64,000 nucleotides of DNA from Neocallimastix sp. 'constans' (taxonomy: Eukaryota): NCBI GenBank assembly GCA_050613775.1, contig JBODTK010000107.1, positions 496,001 to 560,000 of the forward strand, given 5' to 3'. A model generated the notes under the pieces. That model worked only from the letters and a program-made list of their open reading frames with translations, had not been told where the DNA came from and searched no databases. The first letter of the stretch is position 1; every line of letters starts with the position of its first letter. The translations under genes and the position numbers were made by a program. This document shows positions 1-14,340 of the stretch, one piece after another.

Positions 1-461
1 ATATATTTATTTATTTATTTATTTATTTTACTATTATACAAATTAAAGTTTGTATTTTTTAATAAAAAAGGATAAAAAAGCATACAATTATAAACTTTTA
101 AATAAAAATAATAATAATATAATAATAATATTATTTTCCATAAAAAAAATTTATTAATATTTTTATATATTATATTATAATAAATAGTGAAGAAAAAGTA
201 GTTTAAAAGAGTAAATTATTACTAAAAATAAAATATAATAAAATGAAATGAAAAAAATATAATGAAATAAAATATAATATATAAATAAATAAATATTAAA
301 ACTATCAATACTGAATTATATTATGATATTTATATATTTACTTTTTTGTTTTTTTTTTTTTTTTATCTATATTTTTATATCTTTTTTTTTTTATTAAAAT
401 TCTATTCTTTTTTTAAACTCCTAAAAAAATTTAACCAGTTCGATCTCTAAAAGTAGTATGT

Positions 462-839
462 TGATATAAAACAAATATGTGTAGTAACATATTTGTGTAT
501 TTAATATTAATTATTAAATATTAAATTTATATCTTTTTGATAATTGTTTTATTTTATTTCAATATATATTATTATAATTATAATAATTATAATACTTCAT
601 TTCATATAAAATTTATATAGTTCTATATATTAGAATATATAATTAATATAATACCTATTTCTTATAAATAGATTAGATTATTTATATTAGAAATAGAGGA
701 CTCTCTTGTAAATTTTTAGGAATTAGAATTATTATTTTAATTGTACGAATATTATAATTTTATTAATAAAATTTACTAAACTACCATTATTTAAAACCCA
801 CTGCTTATAAATTATTGCACATAAAAGTCCCGTATATCA
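462..839 (+). mobile_element. Solo LTR of a Ty3/gypsy-like family (copy 1)
   Basis: Starts TGATATAAAACAAATATGTGTAGTAACATATTTG and ends CACATAAAAGTCCCGTATATCA (TGATAT...ATATCA inverted termini). The same ends occur at 29992-30693 (followed by a PBS and gag) and at 33603-34165. No PBS follows this copy and no clean TSD is seen. Confidence 0.75.
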
Positions 840-1172
840 ATTTACTGATCATTATTGATTTATTGATCAGTAAATATCACGTGTACATATTAGAATAATT
901 ATAGTTTTATGATATAAAGCTTAAAACTACTACTTTTTTATTTCATTTTTATTTATTATTAATAGAATATATAATTAATACTTTATTGGTATAATTATTC
1001 TTTCATCATAAATAATATTTTTGTTGAGCATTCATGCAATCTTTTAATCCCTTATATATATATTAAACAAATATATATATATTGTATTTTATTACATTTG
1101 TATATTTCTACATATTATTTATTATATATACTTGTTTATTTAACTATATATTTATTATTATATGGATTTACT

Positions 1173-1210
<38 letters not shown>

Positions 1211-1522
1211 TGTGAATTATTTAATTTATCATCAATTATAATTATTGAATTAATTTAAGAAATATATAATTAATATTATATTTAATAATATATATTATTT
1301 TTATATTTATTATTAGATATATAATTTTATATTGATATATTTTAAATTATTTATATCTTTATTGTTATGAAACAAAACTACTTTTATAATGTTAATTAAA
1401 TAAGTTGATAAAAACAAAATAAAATAAAAAAGGATAAAGAAAATGTTTTGATTTTAAATTATAAATTACAAATATATAGATATAAAATATTATTAAGTAA
1501 ACAAAACAAAACAAAAACAAAA

Positions 1523-1572
<50 letters not shown>

Positions 1573-2168
1573 ATAGTAATGTAAATGATAAATCTAAATT
1601 TAAGTTTTATAAAAAATTTTGGAATTATATTATTACTATTTATAACTGTTTACTATAATTAGTGTGTCATTTTTTCAATTTCAATTATTATTAATATAAT
1701 ATATACTAATAATGCATATAGGCAGTTATTGATTTTTTTTTTTTATAACTGTTACTATTATGATGAAATTAATAAATTAGTATTCCTAAATCCAATTAGT
1801 ATAATCCTATATATACATATATATATATTTTTTTATTATAACTAAATATTTGTTAAATTAAGATAGTTAGAAATTAATATAAAAAAAATAAATATATAAA
1901 ATTAAGATTTAATTATTTTATTTTATTTTATTTTATTTTTTTTTTATTTTATTTTTTTTTTTTTTTTTTTTTTAATAAAAAGTTATTAAAAAAAGTCAAA
2001 TAATAATATTAATTTTATAATAAACCATGAGAGATTAATACTTTTATACTAATTTAAATATTAATTTAATATATTTTAATGTATATATTTTAAGGCTTTT
2101 CAAATTTAAATTAAACTGTTTTGAGAATATAATAAAATAATAATAATAATTAAATAATAAACAAAATA

Positions 2169-2204
<36 letters not shown>

Positions 2205-4231
2205 TTTGCCCTTTTTTTAATTTAACATTTTTCATAAAATTAAACTTTATATAAATTTTTTTTTTAAAACTAAAAAAGAAAAACCTTTTAAAATCTTTTT
2301 AAAATTTAAATAAAATATAATAATTAAAAATATTAAAAATAAGAGTTTTTTTTTATATTTAAATAATAAATTATTAAAATAAATAATATAATAAAATCGA
2401 CTTGTTTAAATATGAATATAAATAAATAATAATTATATTCATAATATTCATAATATTCATAATAAAATAAAAATGATTATAAAGTAAAAATAATAGTAAT
2501 AAGAATAATAATTAATAATAAAAAAAAATAAAATAATAATATTGGATAAAATAAATCATAAATAATTTTTTCAATTTACATAAAAATTGTAGGCAAATTT
2601 TGTATAATATAAATGTTTTTGTATATAATATATATTTAATATAATATATATTTAAAGTACTTTAATATATATTAATATAATGAAAAAAAAATTTTTTTTT
2701 CTTTTAATTATTGGATAATAATAATATAAAATATTTTTTTTTTAATTAAAATTGCCAAAATATTTGTTCTATATAGCTATTTTTTAAAATAATTAACCAT
2801 AAAAATTAATATTATAATAAATTAAAATAAAATTAGTGTATATCTTTATATTGTTTAATATCAATATTAAATTCTATAATAATTATTATTTGATAATAAG
2901 TATAAATAATAAATTACAATTATAATAGTTTCATATGAAAATTAAAAATATTCATAATTAAATAAAAAAATATATTAGAAAATTTTTAAAATACTACTTT
3001 TAAACATTAGTTTTATTAATTTTTAATATTTAATAATAGTATTATAGATTAATATTTTTAATATATCCAGTATTTCCAGTATTCAGCTGCTGAAAGTTTA
3101 TAATATTTATTATATGAGAAAGTAAAATTAAATTTAATAAGAATATATTTAAAAATATCTTCTAAATACTACTAATTAAATATTTTTAATTCACAACAAT
3201 TAATTATATATATATATATAAATCATTAATCATTTTTTATTTTATTTACTAAATAAATTTTTATCCATTAATGTAATGAATACTTCATGCTTTAGTCTAA
3301 GTATAATATGCTACAAAAATATAACATTAATAATTAATTATTACTAATTTAATCAGCAATTAAAAAAAATAAAAAATAATAATAATAATAATACTAAAAA
3401 TATATCATATTATACAATATAAATAAAAAAGTATTAAATTTCAAAGGTGATCAGTATAATATTTCTTGGGTATATAAACTTTTTAAAAGTATTTTTTTTC
3501 TCATAGTTTATGTTGAATATTAATTCAAAAGTTTATCAAAAAAAATATTTACTCAACTTCTTATTTAAATTAATTTTTTGAAATTATTTTTATTTAATAT
3601 TACCATAAACATTTAAAAAAAAAAAAAAAAATTAATATTTCTCTATTAAATTCTCATCATTAATAGTTTAAAACTATTTTGAAACTATATATTATATTCA
3701 TTATATTAAGAAATAGTAATTATATATATATATATATTTATAATTATATTTTAATAAAATAGATCTTCAAAATTATTAACTATAATAAATCCAATTAATG
3801 AATTTAATGAAAATGGAAAAATATATAATTTAAAAAAAAAAAAAAAAAAAAAAAATATTGACTTTATGATTATTAAAATAAAATTTTCACTTTAAACTAT
3901 TAAAAAATAAAGTTATTAAAAAGTAATACTGATGTATTTATGGCAATTTTTTTTTAATATAAAATGAAATAAAGAAATATATTGAATTTATATGAAATTT
4001 TTTTCTTTTTATAAATAATATTAATATTGAATAATAATTAAATATGTATGAAATACATTAAATAAAAACAATACAAATATATATATATATATATTTTATA
4101 TACGTATAGTCTTAAGTAAAATAATAAAATTATATATATTTTCTTTTCTTAATATGTGGCTTGTTATTTCTAAAATAAAAATTAATATATATATATATAT
4201 ATATGACATACAAACGCCAATTCTGTCAACT

Positions 4232-4232
<1 letters not shown>

Positions 4233-4269
<37 letters not shown>

Positions 4270-4420
4270 GACTGAAGACTTTGGTCTTCCCCATATAGTA
4301 ATATGGGTGTATGATTAACTGCCATACCGGTACGGCGTCGACGCTCTCAACTCCCCATAAGCAAAGAAACTCCATATAGAAGCACCCTACGCGATCCTCG
4401 AGGGTGCTTCTATATGGAGT
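4233..4420 (-). mobile_element. Short retroposed insertion (extreme 3' end of a LINE or a SINE) with poly(A) tail, TSD and 5' fold-back
   Basis: Poly(T) 4233-4266 on +, then a GC-rich body. Direct repeat TTCTGTCAACTG at 4221-4232 and 4421-4432. The minus strand contains GAGAGCGTCGACGCC, resembling AAGAGCGTCAATGC near the end of the LINE ORF at ~29577. Confidence 0.8.
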
Positions 4421-4834
4421 TTCTGTCAACTGTACGCCAAATATTCTTATTCATATTGATATTTTTTTTATTTTAATATGATTTATATAAAATAATAATT
4501 AGTAAAAGAAAATAATATTTAATAAATATTTTACAAGGAAGAATAATTTTACATAGTTATCAAAAAAACAAATTAATAATACAATATTATAATAATAAAT
4601 ACTTTAAATATATTATCAAGAAGAAATTAGAAAATAATTATATGTTTAAGTCAAAATAAAATAGAATGCTTTCTTTATTTATTAATTTTATTTATCAATA
4701 AAATACATTCAGACTATTTTATATTTTTTTTTCTCATATATACTTTTTTTACTAATTTATAATAAAATATTGAAATATGAAAAATGTATAAAACTTTTTA
4801 TTTATTTATAAAATTGTATCATTTTTATTTTAAT

Positions 4835-4883
<49 letters not shown>

Positions 4884-7800
4884 TTTTGATTTTTATGATT
4901 ATCTTCAATCTAATTAATTATTTTAAGTATTAATTTGAGACTTTAGTTTTATAATTATAATTATAGTTTTTTAGTCTTTTTATTTTTTTTCTATTGCTAA
5001 TATTTTGTAGCATAATATTAAGTAATAATAACTTTCGATGTTAGCAAATATTAGTTAATAAATGCTTTTATTTTTATATGCAAATCACTTTTTTATTTAA
5101 TAGTTAAAAGATGCTTAGCTCATTTTTTCTTTTTTATTATTTATTTAATTTATATTTTCAATAATAATTATAATTTATAATAATACTAATAAATAATAGT
5201 AATAAATCATAATAATTATGATTTATAATTCTAATAACTAATAATAAATAATTATATTAATATTTATAATAAAATCTTATATAAATTTCATTTTTGATTT
5301 ATAAATATATATTTTTAATAAAAAAAAAAAAAAAAAGAATAAAAATAAATAAAATTAAAAATACAGAAAAAAAATTAAATTAATAAAATTGACGTACACA
5401 AAATACGTTATTATTAAGTTAAAATTTATAAAAAAAAAAATAATAGACAGAAAACTTTGTTTATTTATTTAATATATTTTTAATATATTATTTATTATAA
5501 TATTTATATTATTGTTATAATTTATTAATATATTAATGAATATAATTTTATATTAAATATATTAGTATTGCTTAAAAACGGATAAATAAAATAAAAAACA
5601 ATAATTAATTATAATATTATGAAATTTCTATTCTTTTTTTTTAAAAAAAAATTATATATATATGCATATTATTAATATAATAAAAAATTTTAAAATTGAA
5701 TTATAATTCATTTATTTTAGAGGAAATATCCTTATTACAATTGTGTAAATACTTTTTTTTATTATTTTTTTTTTCTATATTAATCAAATTTATATTTTTA
5801 TTCTATTTAAAAAAATGATAAAATAATTATCAATTATAAATATAATATTAAAGAATAATAGGAAAAAAATGCTAGCAAATTATTAATAGATAGTTAAAAA
5901 TAATTAAATTTGAATATATATATTATATTAGTTTTAAAAATTTTATAAAATATCAAATTTATATTTTTATTCTATTTAATAAAAATTAAAGAATAATTGG
6001 AAAAAAAAGGTAAATACAATAATGTTTGCATACTTTAACGTATTACAAGCCACTTAATAATATATAATTATGTACGACTTTGATATTTTCCAATACAACA
6101 TTACAAATAAAATTCGTAACTTTTCTATTTAAAAAAAAAAAATATTTTTCCAAACTTTCTATTTAATAATTTTATTATATATTGACTTTGTTAATTTTTA
6201 TAGTAATAACAATTATAAACTTTAATGAATTATTCAAACTGAAAAATTTAATAATTACTTCTTTTAATGAATTTTAACTTATCATAAGAAATAAGAAATT
6301 CGTAAAAATAAAGATACTTTATTAAATACTATATAAAAATAAGAAAAATAATATTTCCATACATTTTTTTTTTTTTATTTTGGTCCCTTGGTTAGGAAAG
6401 TTTTTTTTTTTTTTTTAAAGTTAACTATTCGGGAATTATATATATGATATTTTACTAATATTAATATATTTAATGTATATTAATATAAAATGGTTTTCAT
6501 TAAAAATATAAAATTTTGAATTATTCTATATAAATTTAATTAATATTTTATATAATATATTTATATTTTAATATGTATTCAGTATTATAAAATTAAATAC
6601 ATAAATTTAAAATTTTTTATAAAATTTTTTTTGTGGTTAATAATTATTTATGGTTCTTTCTTTTTTTTTTTATTTTTTTTTAAACAATAGGAGGATAAAT
6701 TATTAAATTTTTAATTAATAATTATCCTTAAAAATAAATCATACTTTCACAATACTATTAATAATATTGTATTAAAAAAACAAAATAATTAAGTCATTTA
6801 AATTATTTATTAATTAATTTAAAAAAAAAAAATTTAAATATAAAATATAATTTATTAGATAATCATATAACCATATAACTATATTATTATAATACATATA
6901 ATTACAATTATTTTCCTGTGCAAATAATTTCATGTCAAGAAAAAAAGGTCTTTTTTAATATAATTAATATTATATACTATATTAAAGATTAAACATTGGC
7001 ATCATACTTTTCACTTAATGACATTGAATATTTTTAATTTTATATTATAAAGGATTATTAATTATACTTTTTTTTATAAATATAATTTTTTAATTTTATT
7101 TATTTATTTATTTTGATTTGTTTTTCAAAACTGTTTATAATTTATATAAATAATGTATATAATTAAACCTAAATAATTAAGTTTACATACTAAAATTATA
7201 AAATTATTTATTGATATTTTAAAGTATTTATTTTCAAAGATATTAAATTGTATTATTTAAATGAATATAAATACTTTATATAAATGATACATATAGTTTT
7301 TATATAAGTACTGATAATAATAATAATAATAAATTCTTGAAAGCAAACAGTACTTGAATTAATTTTTGTAAAACAATATTAGTAAATTATTATTTTTATT
7401 AAATATTATTATTGTCTCTTTACAAATAAAGTTGAATTAAATTAAAATAATTGAATAATTGACAACAAGTGAAAAAATTATGAAAAAAAAGGTTTCTATG
7501 AATAAATTACGAATGATAAATAATTTAAAGTTTTATTATAAGAAAACAAAAAAAATTGGTAAAATTTTATATAAATTTATTAAGATTGAATATGGATGAA
7601 TATATTAAAATACCATATGAATATAATAAATTATATTAATAAAATTTTAATATTAAAATTCTTTGAGTTGTGATATTGCTTATGGAAGTATTTCCAATAA
7701 GTTAATAACAATATATTTAATATATATAATATTTATTTATTTATTTATATTAATAATATATTAAAATTTTAGAAAAATTTTTTTTTCTGAAAAGAATAAA

Positions 7801-8551
7801 AAGATTTTTAATATTCAATATTACTGTAATATTTAAATATATTTAAATATATATTAATATATTTAATTAAATCAATTTATATATTAATATTGTATTACAA
7901 TATATTACAAAAATAATTTTCATTTTAAATAAGTTGGTCTATAAAAAGATATAAAATGAATTTATTTTTACGAATATTTTTTTTTAAAAATTATTCAATA
8001 AATATAATCTAAAAAAAGTTACAGGATTTTTGGAAAACATTTTAATTTTATTATTAATTTTATAATAAAAGTTTTAAAGAAATAAAAAAAAATACATTGT
8101 ATAATGTTAGTTTTAGAAATTATAATAAATAGTAATTAGAAAAAATATAAAAATATATATTAAAGAAAAACAAAAAAATGAGTGATTTCTAATAGTAAAA
8201 ATAATATATAGTAATTCTCATTAATTAAAGTAGTATATGTCCTGCCTTTGAAAGCAATAAAAAAATATTAATTTTTTTGAATTAAACATAATGTTTTTAC
8301 CATAGAAACTTTTACAAGTTATATTGAAAAAATATAATATAAAAAGAAATTTTTAAATAAAAGTGATAATAATCATTAGTATTCTATTAATTAAATAGTG
8401 TACTGAAAAGAATTATAGCAATAACAATATAATATTATTTATTAAATTTCAAAAGAAGCTAAATATAATTTTTTACTCATTAAGAATTTTCAATTATAAT
8501 TAAAAGAAATATATAAGTTATTAATTTTTTTAATAAAAGAATAATATAAAA

Positions 8552-11500
8552 ATGGACACAACTAAGTATGTATATTAATATAAAATATGATGCATTTAAA
8601 TATATGATGCATTTAAAGAAATTAAAAATAAGAATAATAAGAAAGCTAACTTTTTTTTATTTATAAATAGTAATAAAAATGATTTTAATTCGAAAGGTAA
8701 AAAACAAATAAATATGAGTTCGCCAGTATCATATACAAACCAATCTCTATCAACACAATACAGCACTAAAGCTACAAAAACATATAATCCTCAAATATTT
8801 TCACCACAACCTTTTAATCCAATGTCTTATTCACAAATTTATACCCAACAGCCATTTACTCCATTAAATAATTCGAGACCATCCACACCAAATCCACAAA
8901 GATCATTAAACAATAGCCCATTTAATGTAACAAAATCAGATCCAGGAAGTTTTGCATTGCATCATTCTAATTCCACTTCTAATTTATGTATTAATATTAA
9001 GAATAGCCCAAATGCACTATATCCTCCAGCTTACAATTCATATAGTAGTAAACATCAAAATAAAAAAGCTGTCCATAAGGTAATCCAACATACTCGTAAA
9101 GTTGTTAATGATCAAAATAATGAAGAAGTTGAAGTTTCGACTGAAGTTACTCAACAACTCCTCAAAGTTAACGGTTTAGAAAGAGAAGAAGCATCAATAT
9201 ACTCACTCACCACTTATACAAACAATGATAAGAAAAAAAAGAAGCAAACAAAATCAAATTTAGAAATCCATAGCTATTTATCTGATAGTAGTAGTGGAAG
9301 TGACACTATTACACCAAATCCAAAAGGAAAAAGAGAATATGAAATAAACTCAAATGGTGGAAAAATAATAATTGAATCCATTCCTTCCTCTAGTAGATCA
9401 GAAAATAATAATAGTAACGATATGACTTCATCTTCTCAAAATTATAATATATCATTGAATGATGCAATTTCAAGTTCAAATAAAATAAAACACAATAGTA
9501 ATAATATAAAATATGATGATAATTATACATCAATCAATAAGAACAAAAATAATATTCAAAATTCAAAAGCAAACTTTAAAAGAAAAGATGGTGTTACAGT
9601 AATTGATACATCGGTTCCTATTTATCATAGAAACCATTTTAATGACCATGGTATATACATTTGTAATAACAATAATAATTTTAATGAATATGATGAAGAA
9701 GGTCATATTAATCTGATTATATCTCCATCAAGTGAAAAATCATATAGAGATGAAATAAGTCCTAATTCATCATGTAATAGTTATCCTATGTTCTCAACAA
9801 CATATCAAAATGTTGGTAATATGGTAGATGATTCAATAAATCCTAATAAAAGGTGTTCAAAAAATATTGAAGATACTTCAAATTATTATCTTCATAACCC
9901 TAATCAAACTTCCTCAGTTAATAATATTGTTTTTTCTCATTGCGATTCATCTACAAATGGTTCATCTAATAAATATAAAGAAAATTCTAAAATCATGGAC
10001 TCTAATGTAAATAATTCATCAATACTTTATAATAAATCTAACGGATGTAACCGTAAAACACATAAAACAACTACTACGACAACAACAACTTATGAAGTTA
10101 TTGAAAATTATGAAGATGATGAAAATAATGATGAAATCAATAATGATATTGAAAAATATGTTCACTTTAATAATTTACCATATCAATATTGTAAACCTAC
10201 AAGTTTTTATAATAGAGCTCTTCTTCCTCCGGCATCATGTAATGAAGTTATCACTGATAAGGATACATTAAGTCAGCAAATCAATTTAAGAAAAAAATCA
10301 TGGCATACCTCATTTTTTGAAAGTCAAGGTAAAGCTTCAAGTAGTATGTTTAGTATTCCTCGATACCAACCTGAACAGCATCATGGAAATTCCGAAAATA
10401 ATAGTTACGATAGTTTAGAAGATAGAAGTTGTTTTCATATTTTATATCAATTTGATAAAGAAGATTTTATTGTTCGTTTAGGTAAAGCACTTTATCTCTA
10501 TGGTTCACCTACTTTTAGAACTGAAGCTACTCTCCGTTCTGTTTCAAAATTGTTAGGTATACAAGGTGAATTTGCTAGTTTTCCAACTCTTATTCTTTTA
10601 TCTTTTTCAAATTATAAAACCAATGAAACTCTCAATTCTGAAAATCACTTGTTATTAACTCCAACAGGATATAATTTAGGTAAATTAGAGGAAGTTGTAC
10701 AAATTACGTATGAATTAAAAATGGCTTTAAAGCAAATAAAATGTTTAAGATCAAATCGTGAAAAAATTGAAAATGGTGAAAAGAAAGAAATGATAGAAAC
10801 TAAAGAAGAGAAAAGTAAGAATGATAAATCAAAGAAGAATGATAAAAAAGAAAAAAATGAAAAAGAAAAGAGGCAAACAAATAATGATTCAGTAATAATT
10901 GAAATTGAGAAGTCAAGTAGTATCGATAGTAAATCTCAATTTAGTCGTAAAAGAACCAGTAAAAGTGCAAGTACTATTAATGAGGATAAAGAATACGAAA
11001 ATAATGCAATTGATATAACAGCTTATTCTAGTATAGATGATATTAATAATGATGATTCATTTTATTTAAATAATGGAAATAGTGGAGAAACATTAAATAA
11101 CAGTGATGAAGTTGAATTTTCAGATTTTGAATTAAACTCATTGGGGGATGATGAAGGAAAATATCAAGATATTGATACATCCTCTGAAGATGATTTTGAT
11201 AAATTAGAAAAAGTAGCTTTGACTGCAGCTATTAATAAGTTAGATTATGTTATCGCAAAGCCTCCATCTTTTGGTTCATTATTTTGGCAAATTGCTAGTT
11301 ATATTGTTGCAGGTTTTACTGCATCTCCAATTTTATTCGGTGGTACATGGCTTGATGGTATTGTCAGTGGTATAGCTGGTTTAATTGTTGGTCTTATTAC
11401 TTTTTATGAGCCAAGTTTATTCCCAGCACATGGTCATTTATTAGAATTATTAGCTTCAGTAGGTGCTTCTGCAACTTTAAGAATTACTCAAGGTCTACTA

Positions 11501-12205
11501 CCTAAATATTGTATTAATTTTACTGCAGATATTCTGTCAGCCACATTATATCTTCTTCCTGGTTTAAATTTTACTATAGGTTTTATAGAATTAGCCTCTA
11601 GAAATATGATTTCAGGTACTGTTCGTTTAATGCATTCTTTGGTCACCTCATTTATGATGGGTGCCGGTATTACCATTGGTGACCATATAACAAAATTTAT
11701 TGATATTCCTATCATTGCAGATACAACTCACACTTGTGAAACTTTAGCTACTCCTAATATGATATGGAACTTTTTAATGTTTCCAATATTAGGTATTTCA
11801 TTAAATATGATGTTCTTTGCCAATATGTCTCAATTTCCAATTATGGTACTAACAACAGCTATTTCTTATGTCTTTAATCTTATTGGAACAAAATTAGATT
11901 TCCCAAGTGAACTTACCATAATTATATCTGCTTTAGCTGTTGGTGTTATTAGTAATATTTATGCTAAATTAAGAAATAAATTGGCTATTATACCTATTAT
12001 TATTGGTGTTCTCTTATTAGTTCCAGGATCTGTTGGTGTTAAGGGTTCATTAGCATTTCTTATAGATCAAAACTTTGAAACGGGTATACAATTTACAGTA
12101 AGCATGTTTACAGTTTCTATGTGGATTACTATCGGTGTATTTTTATCCAATTTAGTAGTATTCCCATTCAAAAATTCAGAACATATGGGATTAATGACAC
12201 TATAA
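8552..12205 (+). CDS. ThrE family (threonine/serine exporter, Prm10-like) multi-pass membrane protein with long disordered N-terminus; 2 exons (8552-8565, 8671-12205)
   Basis: Motif FIVRLGKALYLYGSPTFRTE...YNLGKL, then about ten hydrophobic segments with LLPGLNFTIGFIELAS and LLLVPGSVG, typical of ThrE/ThrE_2. ATG 8552, GTATGT donor 8566, GCTAAC branch site and TAG acceptor 8670 splice in frame onto the 1163-aa ORF. Confidence 0.85.
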
Positions 12206-12849
12206 GAAAGCATATATTTATATAATATCTATATTTAAATATTAACTATTTATTATAATATATATATATATATATATATTTTTAATTTTATATTTATAAA
12301 TATAAAAATTATTTTATTAATATATTATTAACTTATAGATTTATTAAAAATATGATATGATTAATTTATTTAAAAACTAATTTAAGCTATTTAATTTATA
12401 ATAAAAATAATTAATATATAAATAAATAATTTCAATAATATAATCTTATATTTATGTGTTTATAATTTATATAGTATATTGAAATTTACATTAACAGTAT
12501 TATACATTAATAAATATTTAAAAAATAAAAATATGAAGATATATAAAAGAATAAATATAAATAAAAAGATAAATATAAATAAAAAGATAAATATAAATAT
12601 ATATATATATATATTTATTACATTAACGTTATATACATTAAAGAATATTTAAAAAATATAAATATAAATATAAATATAAATATAAATATAAATAAATAGA
12701 TAAATATAAATAAAAAGATAAATATAAATAAAAAGATAAATATAAATAAAAAGATAAATAAATAAAAAGTATAAAAAATATTAAGCTGAAGTTATTCACA
12801 TTTGAATTCCTTTTTTTTTTTTTTTTTTTTTTTAATTAATATTTTCTTT

Positions 12850-13505
12850 TATATTCAAAATATACATAATATAATCTTACATATTCAAAACAAATAATAA
12901 TAATAGTAATATATAATTTCATATTCAAAAAAAATATATATTAATATACATAATTTTATTGGAAAAAATGTAGATATTATAGGTTTAAATTATAAAAAGG
13001 AATGAGAAGTTTTGTTTAAGAACCAAATCATTTCTGATAATTATTCAAAAACGCCACTCTTGGTGCTCCCTGCGGCTCTCTATACAGAAATTATGCCTAG
13101 GGCTAATACTCGACAAGGATTGCTATTCCGAAAGTATAAGTTCAAACTAACTAGGAGCGTCAACGATGAAAATGCAATAAAGACAGGCTAACAGGGCCAA
13201 TGCCTCTGAAGGAGAAGAACATAATTTCTTTCAGGTAGTCAATTCAAACCCTAACCCCGAATGAGTTATATGGAGGTAAGGTTCGTTGTATAAGAACCTT
13301 AACATTTTTTCTGAATTTATTTATACACTTTATTTTGAATATTACTTTTTATTTCACGTTACCATTTTAAATATTATTATGTTCTAATTGGACAAATAAT
13401 ATTTATTTTTTATTAATTTTGTGTTTTTTTTTTTTTAAAAGTAAAAATATTCATTTAATTAGTGTATTAATTAATATAGATTAAAGTTCTCAATAATTGA
13501 AGCTG

Positions 13506-13555
<50 letters not shown>
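12850..13555 (+). mobile_element. Degenerate 5'-truncated LINE fragment (ORF C-terminus, 3' UTR, poly(A))
   Basis: Translates to EVLFKNQIISDNYSKTPLLVLPAALYTEIMP...TRSVND, aligning with KDLFKCQMKSGAYSDTPFLVVTAALLQSIIP...TKSVNA of the LINE at 26.6-29.9 kb. Poly(A) ends at 13555. The 5' boundary is approximate. Confidence 0.8.
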
Positions 13556-13556
<1 letters not shown>

Positions 13557-14044
13557 ATTTTTTATAATAATCCAAGAATGAATAATTTTATTGTAATTAT
13601 CTTGACAAGACGTTAGAGTTTAATAGTCTCTATACCCTATTTACAGTTGTATTAGTATAAATGATTTTAAAACTAAATACTCTACATTTAACATTATTTT
13701 TAATTAAATAACAAATGTAAATAAACTAAAACACGTGAAATTGAAATGAAAAATAAAAGTCAAGTTTATAATTATCTAATGTGCTTACTTTTTCTAATTA
13801 TCTTATTTTTTCATTTCCATTTAATATTGTTTTTAATATTAATTATTTTTTTTACTAGTTCTACTACTACTAATCCTACTTTTTTTTTTTTTTTTTTTTT
13901 TTACATAAATACTCCGGGAGCAATAAATATATAAAAACGAGTTGGAAAATTTTGTTAAATATATATATCTATTCATTAAATCTATGGAAAGATAATTTTA
14001 ATTATTGTTATTATTATTAGTAGTAGTAGTAGAAGTAGTGGTAG

Positions 14045-14090
14045 TATTATTAATATTATTAGTATTATTAATATTATTAGTATTATTATA

Positions 14091-14131
<41 letters not shown>
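14045..14131. repeat. (TTA)n/(TAA)n microsatellite, left flank of copia element A
   Basis: Directly visible; degenerate on the left and pure next to the LTR. Confidence 0.9.
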
Positions 14132-14136
<5 letters not shown>

Positions 14137-14340
14137 GCTTTATTAAATTTAGATCTATAATAATAATCCTTATGGAATATGGTATACAAGGGAAATAAGT
14201 GTGATCTATCTTTCAGCTTTAAATAAGTAATAAAGTCACATGTTACTACATGCGTTTTCCATAACATAGAATAAATTAAAAATTAATTAAATAAATATTA
14301 AAAGATAATTAACATAGATTTATACAAGACGATAGATCAT

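Noticed and set aside
1392..2235. Short Phe/Leu-rich ORFs (also 53029, 54591-54925, 59276, 59903)
   Set aside because: Translations of poly(A/T) and microsatellite tracts with no coding signature.
4267..4427. Hammerhead-like arrangement on + strand (ATAGA-CTGAAGA...GAAA-long stem-GTT-TCTGT)
   Set aside because: It is antisense to the poly(A) strand, stem I depends on target-site sequence, stem II needs a bulge, and the perfect inverted repeat would pair through GAAA and destroy the core. A cleavage assay would settle it.
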